In this document: positions 55,017 through 64,000 of the stretch, in pieces
Numbering within the stretch: the stretch's first letter is position 1
Layout: the number at the start of each line of letters is the position of its first letter
NCBI RefSeq assembly: GCF_006345805.1
Contig: NC_043008.1
Coordinates: 7,130,001-7,194,000 of the forward strand
Length of the DNA stretch: 64,000 nt
Reading direction: 5' to 3'
DNA from: Octopus sinensis
Taxonomy: Eukaryota
Notes under the pieces: generated by a model
Told to the model about the DNA's origin: nothing
Seen by the model: only the letters and a program-made list of their open reading frames with translations
Databases searched by the model: none
Translations under genes and position numbers: made by a program

Positions 55017-55250
55017 AAGGCGGCGAGCTGGTAGAAACGTTAGCACGCTGGGCGAAATTCGTAGCAGTATTTCGTCTGTCGTTACGTTCCGAGTTCAAAT
55101 TCCGCCGAGGTCGACTTTGCCTTTCATCCTTTCGGGGTCGATAAATTAAGTACCAGTTACGCACTGGGGTCGATGTAATCGACTTAATCCCTTTGTCTGT
55201 CCTTGTTTGTCCCTTCTATGTTTAGCCCCTTGTGGGTAGTAAAGAAATAT
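55017..55250 (+). mobile_element. SINE A, full length, TSD ATATATATGGTAA
   Basis: Direct repeat on both flanks. Confidence 0.95.
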
Positions 55251-56345
55251 ATATATGGTAACTTTGAATATTAACTTTGCATATTAACGTACTAATTGTG
55301 TGTGTTTCTGTGAGATTGAGAGTGCATTATTTAACAGGTTTGTATCACCCTGATACAGCAAATGGATAACCAAAGACCTCCCAACTGTAGCAGACATAAC
55401 TATTATTTTTGCATCATGTGTATTACATCTCAAAATTGCACGTACCTTTTCTTATTATTCATTATTCCCCAGGTCACTTCTTCTTAGACAAGGGACTTAT
55501 ATTTGCCCAAATTTTCCAAGCCGGACAGAATCAGAGCCTTTTCCTTTCACACATCGAAAATGTAAGACGACATTGTACACTGTGCCGTCTTCAATGTTAG
55601 ACGACAACAGATATAATAGTGATATTTGGCGATTATTTCTAGCAAGTCACTGACTGCTTAAATGTTACAGTATTAATTTTAGCTCAGTCTTAAATTTATT
55701 GCTACTTCGACTGTATATTCCTGACACTCGTTAATCTACACACAGATGATGAAATTCACCACATGGCCAAATTCTGGCCATTGATAAGAATGTATTGTAT
55801 ATAAATTTAGGTTATCATTCGTAATGCAGAATTTTTTAAATAAAATTTATAATTTCAAAGTCATAGTTGAAGTCTGTTTAAGCAGTTAACTTATGAAACG
55901 TTGCTGTATAACATTCTCTTTATATTTTAGTTACAGTCTAAGATCTAGAATAGCGATGAGCGGTATCTGCCCTTCGGTTCGTTTGCTTTGCTAAGCTGCA
56001 GAGTGATGAATGATCTGTTTGTGAATTGAACTCCTGTTGTTTGTAAGTCAGAGATGAACTGATAATAGTGGAATGAAACATTTTGTTTTTGGTTTTTCGG
56101 AAGTTTTAGATAAGCAAGAAATGGTATATAGATTAAGTTACCGTATTTTCAGGATGACTCATGTGTTGAGCTGCAATAACACAAAGAGAATTCACGGAGG
56201 GCAAAAACAAATGTAGCCAGAATGAAATGCACGGTTCAAATTCTCTCTCTGTCTCTCTTTCTCCTTCTTTCTCTCTCATCCTTTTTCTCAAATTATATTG
56301 ATTTCTCATCGTTTTAAAAGACACACTTTTGTGGGGAGAGGTACC

Positions 56346-56620
56346 TATTTCTTTACTACTCACAAGGGGCTAAACACAGAGGGGACAAACAAGGACAGAC
56401 AAACGGATTAAGTCGATTACATCGACCCCAGTGCGTAACTGGTACTTAATTTATCGACCCCGAAAGGATGAAAGGCAAAGTCGACCTCGGCGGAATTTGA
56501 ACTCAGAACGTAATGGTAGACGAAATACGGCTACGCATTTCGCCCGGCGTGCTAACGATTCTGCCAGCTCGCCGCCATCCGCCCGGCGTGCTAGCGATTC
56601 TGCCAGCTCTCCGTCATCAA
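56346..56620 (-). mobile_element. SINE A with duplicated 5' head, 13-bp TSD GGGGAGAGGTACC
   Basis: TSD at 56333-56345 and 56621-56633. Confidence 0.95.
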
Positions 56621-57722
56621 GGGGAGAGGTACCGGTTACTGAATAGATAACAGTAGATAATTCCTGCTATTGTTATCAATCTGACAAGATACAGCGCTAA
56701 GTCTACTCAGTTATGATAGGAATGCTAAAACGTACCCAGCTAGAAAGAAGAAAATAAAATGCTGTTGGCCATAAAGTTTAAGCATTATACAAGGATAGAA
56801 CATATTTGTAATCACTTTGTTAGCATCTCAGGATGAATAAGTGTTTTGCTTTAGACTTTGAACTCATTATTGTGTCGTCATGTCAAAGGACGCCTCTTGG
56901 ATATATTTTAGATCTGTCGGTGCAGTCTGACAACTGTAGATTTCGTCCAGAGATAGAGAGAAAATGAAAGAATGAGAAGTCGACAAGAATCAACTTCAGT
57001 ACAGTTTCCTTGCATTCCCGAAAAATTAAAAACCAGAAGTGACCTAAATTGGATTTGTACTCGGAGCACAGAGGGTTTAAATGATTGCCACAAAGCAACC
57101 ACTCTACCAGTTGGCTGCTTTCTTTCTATAAATATTTTTCAGAAAAAAAGAATTCATTTATCAAGTCCAACATATTATTGCCTTAGTAAAAACAACAGAG
57201 AATATAGATAAGTCCAGTTCATGGCAAATTTGGCTCGGACTGGCAGGGAATTTTTTTCCCCACAAGAATGGCTAAAAATATTACCATTAATAGTTGAATC
57301 AACAAAGCACGGGCAGTAAAGAATTCGAATATGGTTAGTCAAAGAAAACAAACAATATTGACATCAAATTTCAAACTTTCCTTATAATTATTCACAATTG
57401 ATTCTTGTTACAAATTCCCCAGACGAGATGAAATTGCCAACATAACTCTTAAATGTAGGAATGACATTATAAATTTGAATACAGAGGAGTATATTTTCAA
57501 TGAGACACATTGAAACTGTTACCTACAGACAACATCAGGGTAAGGTTTGTCAGAACAAGTAATATTTATGTCCAATGAATATTCAGTTTCTATTCCTCCA
57601 GTCCTATTTATTGAAATGCCATGACAGGCAAAGGTAGAAATATCAAACAGATAAGAAATAAAAAAATTCAGCAACGAATTATTTTCTTTCATTGGCACAA
57701 ATATTGTAATTCATAAGAAATA

Positions 57723-58142
57723 CTATTCTATAGTTAAGAGATGAGGAATTATGTACATTATTTACAATTGACACATATATGTCCTCATCTTTTTTGTTGT
57801 TAACACAACGTTTCGGCTGATACCATCCAGCCTTCATCAGGTGTCTTGGGGAAACTTCGAACCTGGGTTCTCATTCCTAAGGTATTTTTCGATGTTATTA
57901 TTATTACTATTATTCAGGTTACTGCCTGGGATCCAACTTGGAATCTTGGGGTTAGTAGCCCAGGCTCTTAACCACTACGCCATATACCCGTGGGCAATTA
58001 TGGAGTGAATTTTATGGCTTATAAATTTAATATTCTCCTATATTCCCCGAGTCACCTGATGAAGGCTGGAGGGCATATCAGCCGAAATGTTGTCTTAACA
58101 ACAAACAACATGAGGACAAATACCCGTCAAATGTAAATAATG
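57723..58142 (-). mobile_element. Non-coding PLE insertion (tRNA-like segment, hammerhead, inverted hammerhead) with 13-bp TSD
   Basis: TTCATAAGAAATA at 57710-57722 and 58143-58155; hammerheads at 57802-57845 (-) and 58051-58096 (+). Confidence 0.9.
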
Positions 58143-60342
58143 TTCATAAGAAATAGTTGACAATATTAGCGATATTAAATGAAGTGAAATGCACATGTCT
58201 TGACTAAAGATTGTTTATAATGTTCCACCATAAGAAGGAACAAATCGTAGAGGCACACGATGCAAGGCATTCTATAAAATAAACCGTTTATTTTTCTCCA
58301 TGAATGATGTATAGCAGACGAAATTTAAATGTAATTTGGCTGCTATTTCTATCAGAACCAGTGGTTGTGAAGAGTCCCCAGTTTTCGTCCTTATTCAGTA
58401 ATCGTTTTTACCCTAGACAGAAGGCTTGAAATGTATGTGGGGCTAATTGTTTATAGGGATCGCCAAATTTCTATAATTGACCCCAAAAAGGAAAGGTAAG
58501 GGTTTATACGAATGGTATTCTAATCAAGAACAAATAAGGTGAGTTTTCTCCTCCACATATTTTTGCTTCAAATGATAATTTTTTTTTTCTTTTTGCATTG
58601 GCTCAGCATCACAGATCTAATGGTGATGTTGTTTGAATGTATGCCGCAGCGTAAGATCGGTACAGATTTTATAGACACACCAGAAATGAAGGGGAAATTT
58701 ATTTTTTGCCACGTCCTAATTATTCTGCCATTTATCATAGAATGAAATAACATCAAGCTATTACTTGCTAAGATAAAAACTCCAAGCTTATAAGAACTTT
58801 ATGTTGTGATTTTATGGTCTTTCTGAAATCAATATTTATCAACTGCCTGGCAAGAAGAACTTGAGAATAAAACTCAGCCAATTTCCTTCAAATTACACCT
58901 TGCTGTCTTTAGAAATAGAAATACGCTGGATGATGTAGTCGCAGACAGCTTTAAAAATAACGACGAGATCGGTACGGCTGGATTGGCTTTGAACATAGGT
59001 TTGGTCAATCAGAGATGATCTAAGCAACAATAACAACAATATCAACTACGTCTATAACAACAACAGCAATAGTAACAACTTACAAATATTTAACGTGTTA
59101 TACTCGGAGTATAATAACACCATTAACGAACGAAAGATTGGGCCTTATACAATAACTGGTAAATCTTTTCCCCAAAGTGACAATCTGCGTTTCAAAGAGG
59201 TTCCCCTGATAATTCTATCGGGGGTCATAATATTTTGAAGCATAGAACAGGAGAATCAGTGTGCGATTGTGTTTCGACATAAGTGTGTTCGACCAGAACT
59301 AACCTGGATGATAAAACGCTATCACAAGTTCAACCCTGCACTCTGAGTAAAAGAGCAAAAATTCTCCAATAAATCTGTTTCCTAAAGCTATCGACTATCT
59401 TAATTATCGTAAAACTGCTTGATTGTTCTGAAGGGTTCCATTGTGTAATTTCACAGGAATTTATATTTATTTATTTATTATCATTATTATTATTCCTTTT
59501 TTTTTGCATGACGAAAATTTACCCAGTAAATTTTTAAAATCTCAAATGGTTAATATAATTATTTGGCAAAAAATGCTGATGTTTTCCTCTTCTGTTGATT
59601 ATTTGAATATCTCCATGCATTTATTTCTTTATTTAATCGCGAGTTTTTGTTAGCGGGATTTTAACAAGAAATACGGGAAAAAATAGAAAAAAAAATGTTT
59701 GCTAATTGTTTTTCTCTGTCTGCGACTAAAACATCACAGATGCACTGCTCTGTCAGCAGCAATGAATGAAAACATGTTCCCACAAAATAGCCTTACTTGT
59801 GCATCTCCTGCTCGTTTAATTAATTTTAAATAATTCAAACAGAGTTTTAGAAGAAAATAGAGAGTGTGTGTGAGAGAGAGAGGCTTTGCTTTAACAGCAA
59901 TGATAGAGTTATGAGATGAAAGCCGTTCATTTCGAGGTGAGTCGCTTGAGCTCGCGACGAAATTTTGCACGTTTTTTTTTATGTTTCTTTACTGCTACAA
60001 TTTGAAAAATCTCTGCATATCGATTTTGCTTTTTATCCTCCTGATGTGTATAAAACAAAATACCAGTCAAATTCTAGGATCGCTAGAATGGATAAAACCC
60101 TTCTCCAAGATATATAATTTTTTGCTTAAGGAAGAACTTATAATTAATACAGGGATACCGAGATATACACATGCACGCGCTCGTATATTGCATCGAAGCG
60201 GCACAAAAGGACAGAACAACTACTTCACAGCTTCACACAAACGAGAAAAAAAAAATGGTTTTTCATGTTGAAATAAATTACATGAGCCTTGATGTCGTAG
60301 AATGACGTTGAATGGCCAAATAAGAAACATAGAATTAAATAT

Positions 60343-60793
60343 TGATTTCAAACTTTGGCACAAGGCCAGCGATTTCTGAAGATGGGTAAATGGATTACAT
60401 CGATCCCGGTGTTCAACTGGTAATTATTTTATCGATCACAAGTAAAGATGAAACGCTAAGTTGACCTCGAAGGGATTTGAACTTAGAACGTGATGACGGG
60501 CGAAATACCAATTTTTTACTCCCCACAAGGGGCTAAACATAGAGAGGACAAACAAGGACAGACACACGGATTAAATCGATTATATCGACTCCGGTGCGTA
60601 ACTGGTACTTATTTAATCGACCCCGAAAGGATGAAAGGCAACGTTGACCTCGGCGAAATTTGAACTCAGAACGTAGCGGCAGACGAAATACCACTAAGCA
60701 TTTCGCCAGGCGTGCTAACGTTTCTGCAGCTCGACGGGCGAAATGCCGCTAAGCGTTTCACCTGGCGTGATAAGGATTCCGCCAGCTCGCCGT
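60343..60793 (-). mobile_element. SINE B with SINE A nested in its head
   Basis: 15-bp duplication GACGGGCGAAAT(A/G)CC at 60495-60509 and 60733-60747. Confidence 0.9.
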
Positions 60794-60940
60794 TTTGAAA
60801 GGACGAAAATATAATTAGATGCTATTTAAGGAATTTACGTTCTTGGTTCGAATCCTGCTGTGGTGTTGAGATCCACTCCTCTGTATCTTCCCATTCAGTA
60901 TTTGCGACATTGAGCTCATGTGAATCATTGTTATATCTCA

Positions 60941-61437
60941 ACATTATTTACATTTGATGGATATTTATCCTCATCTTATTTGTTGTTAACCCAACGTTTC
61001 GGCTGATATACCCTCCAGCCTTCATCAGGTGTCTTGGGGGAAATTTCGAACCTGGGTTCTCGTTCCTAAGGTATTTTTCGATATCATTATTATTATCATC
61101 ATTATTATTATTCAGGTTACTGCCTGGGATCGAAATCTTGGGGTTAGTAGCCAGCGCTCTTATCCACCACGCCATATGCCCGTAGGGAATTATGGAGTGA
61201 ATTTTTAGGGCTTATAAATCTAATATTTTCCTATCCTTCCTTAATACCGGTTCCCATATGCCATTCATATCTGCTTCGGGGTTTGTTGTGTCCTAGCATA
61301 TGTGCTGCTTCTTTTAATTTTCGTATTCTTCCAGTGGTTTCTCTCTCTATTATTTTAACTTAATCCCACATGGGGAGGTGGTCTCCATTTTTCCATACAT
61401 GATAAGCTATACTCGATTTATCAATATCTCTTCGTGT
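60941..61437 (-). mobile_element. Third copy of the tRNA/hammerhead PLE (GIY-YIG tail, tRNA-like segment, hammerhead at 60988-61033)
   Basis: Collinear with 40715-41200. Confidence 0.9.
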
Positions 61438-61549
61438 ATAGAACTATTGTTATTGAATTATTGTTATTTTCGTTATTGTTAAATGTAGAGGCTTTCTTAC
61501 TCAGTTTTGGTCGCCAAAGATACATTCCACATCTATGAATAAGATATGC

Positions 61550-61845
61550 AAAGGTGCGTGGCCCAGTGGTTAGACGTGTGGCACTCACGGTCGCTAGATC
61601 ATGGGTTCGATTTCTGAACCGAGTGTCGCGTTGTGTTGTTGAGCAAGATATTTCATTTCGTCTGCCTCCAGTCCATTCTGGTGTAAATAGGTAAACCTGC
61701 GACGGATTCGACTTCCGAGGAGGGGTAATATTAGCTTGCTCTCCTAGCAAGCGGGGTGGCATCATTCAGAATCTAAATCGATACAAATCGCATTGTGACC
61801 AGCGATATGTAACAACATCCGCTGGTCTGTTCGATAATCAACATA
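61550..61845 (+). mobile_element. tRNA/CORE SINE, tail type 5
   Basis: TGGCCCAGTGG, GGTTCGATTTC, TGTGTTGTTGAGCAAGATATTT. Confidence 0.8.
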
Positions 61846-62184
61846 AGTGAGCCACTGTTAGGGCTCTGTAAAGATTTTGCAGATGTGTGCAATAATACAC
61901 ATTATTGGTAAATATTTAAGGAACCGGTAAAAGAAATATAAAGACACCTGTGTAGGCGAATGAATGCACGATTTTGCAGATGTGTGAGGAAAAGGAAGAA
62001 GACAGCGAAATACCAAGCCCGAGAGTTCGATTCTCGGTCGCAGCAAATGCATCAATTCATTTACATAATTCATATATTTGAACAATGAATACATATCATA
62101 AACACTCATCTCCACATTTTGAAGCTGATGCCTTCTGTCGACGTAGCAACATAATATTTAGTTAATTTCATTAGTTCCTTGCAC

Positions 62185-62190
62185 CATCAT

Positions 62191-62224
<34 letters not shown>

Positions 62225-62396
62225 TTCTTTTTCTTCTTCTTCTTCTTCATCATCATCATCATCTTCTTCTTCTTCTTCATCTTCATCATCATCATCTCCT
62301 TCTTCATCTTCATCGTCATCTCCTTCTTCTTCTTCTTCATCTTCTTTATCATCATCATCTCCTTCTTCTTCTTCATCATCATCGTCATCTCCTTCT

Positions 62397-62428
<32 letters not shown>

Positions 62429-62437
62429 TTCTTCATC

Positions 62438-62494
<57 letters not shown>

Positions 62495-62530
62495 TTCTTC
62501 TTCTTCTTCTTTTTCTTCTTCTCCTCCTCC
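62185..62530. repeat. (CAT)n/(CTT)n compound trinucleotide tract
   Basis: Directly visible. Confidence 0.95.
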
Positions 62531-63130
62531 TAAATTGTGGGCAACCAAGCACTTCTTTCACTTTCGTTCCTATCATCAACCTCCTCTCACTTCCTACTCT
62601 CCGCTTCCCATCCCCTCCTCCTCCTCCTCAACATTATCGTTCGCATCAAAATGGACGGCTCTTCTCAACACAGCCTTTTTTGTTTACAGTGGAACCATGG
62701 AGAAGTAGGTCTGACGTTGGCTCAACAGATAAAATGCAGCTGCGATGTCAGATGATGCAAGATAAAGTTAGAATTGACGGCAAACTGACAGATATAGATT
62801 CTACGAGGTGGGCGAACAGATTTCGTGGTTTTGTGGTTCCAACAGATTTGTAGGGTTTGGCCAGCGCCTCTTCACGTTTTTATATCAAGCAGACAACTGA
62901 CAATACGATAACGTCACTTTAGATTGAAAGGAAAATTCTGGGTTATGTTCGTGTATTTATAGGCATACGGGAATATTCTTGCATTTGAATAGAGGTTATA
63001 TGTATGCATGTGTGATTGGGCGGGCGTACACATATGTGTATGGACAGACACATAAGATTATGTCATTTATGATATTATAAAAATCTAACGGGTGTTTTAT
63101 TTTGTTCTTATGTGTGTGTGAGCATACATA

Positions 63131-63211
<81 letters not shown>

Positions 63212-64000
63212 ATGTATACGTATGTGTATGTATATGTATGTGTATATGTGTATATGTGTATATGTGTAAATGTATGTATATGTGTATATGTATGAACATG
63301 TATGTATATGTGTTTATGTATGTATATATATATATTTATATATTTATATAAATATGTATATATATATGTATATGTATATAGATATATGAATTAATACATA
63401 TATATGTACATAATATATATGTATTTGTATATATATATATATATATGTACATATGCATATATATATATTCTGTATATATTCATATATATGTATGTATGTA
63501 TCTATCTATCACTATCTTTATGAATGAATGAATATATAGTTACATATACCTATGTGCCCTTTGTGTATTAAATTTTACAGACCTTATCGTAAATAACAAA
63601 CTGAACCCTAATACATAGGATAGGGCGAGGGCATCACACGCGTTTGTGAGGAAAGACACACATGAATATCATATCTCATCATATCATATCACACACCAAC
63701 ACGAACGATCACATATACACACATCTCGTTTATTACATTAATGTATTTCGATATCTTACCAGTTAGATTCATGCTTCTGTTTCTCAGATCTCATTTTTCA
63801 TAGTCAAGAATATAGACTTTACAATATATCTGGATATTCTCATCATAAAAAAGCGAATACTGTCGAGAAAAATCTAGATCATAGCATTTCCGATACCTAA
63901 TATATTTTTAATGCTATATCAAGAGTGAAAAGCGAAGCTCACCTTTTACCAAGTCCTTGTAGACTCCTTCGAAAAAATACCTGATCTGAGCACTTGCGAC

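Noticed and set aside
62675-62812. Candidate plus-strand exon after TTTTTTGTTTACAG
   Set aside because: Weak donor (GTGGGC), unrecognised peptide and no partner exons

Overview
Eukaryotic, AT-rich, microsatellite-saturated animal DNA. The SINE families and repeat density look like octopus or another coleoid cephalopod (inference). It contains no long real ORF: almost all of the supplied ORFs are microsatellite read-through. The window is mainly a transposon landscape: two groups of tRNA-derived SINEs, three mariner relics, one end-complete non-autonomous Helitron, two R4/Dong-type LINE 3' ends inside a (TAA)n array, and several Penelope-like element (PLE) families. Host-gene signals are few: one credible minus-strand signal-peptide exon (6173-6239) and a motif-dense candidate enhancer/promoter (43.6-48.3 kb) with three perfect CSL/Su(H) sites. 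The most notable structure is a PLE family (3 loci) whose terminal repeat joins a tRNA-like Pol III promoter to a minimal, dimer-dependent hammerhead ribozyme. Two further hammerhead families occur, one with a CCGAUGA core variant. One SINE family repeatedly joins its 3' end to the same GGTATTTCG site inside the head of related SINEs. A 100-N assembly gap lies at 49199-49298.
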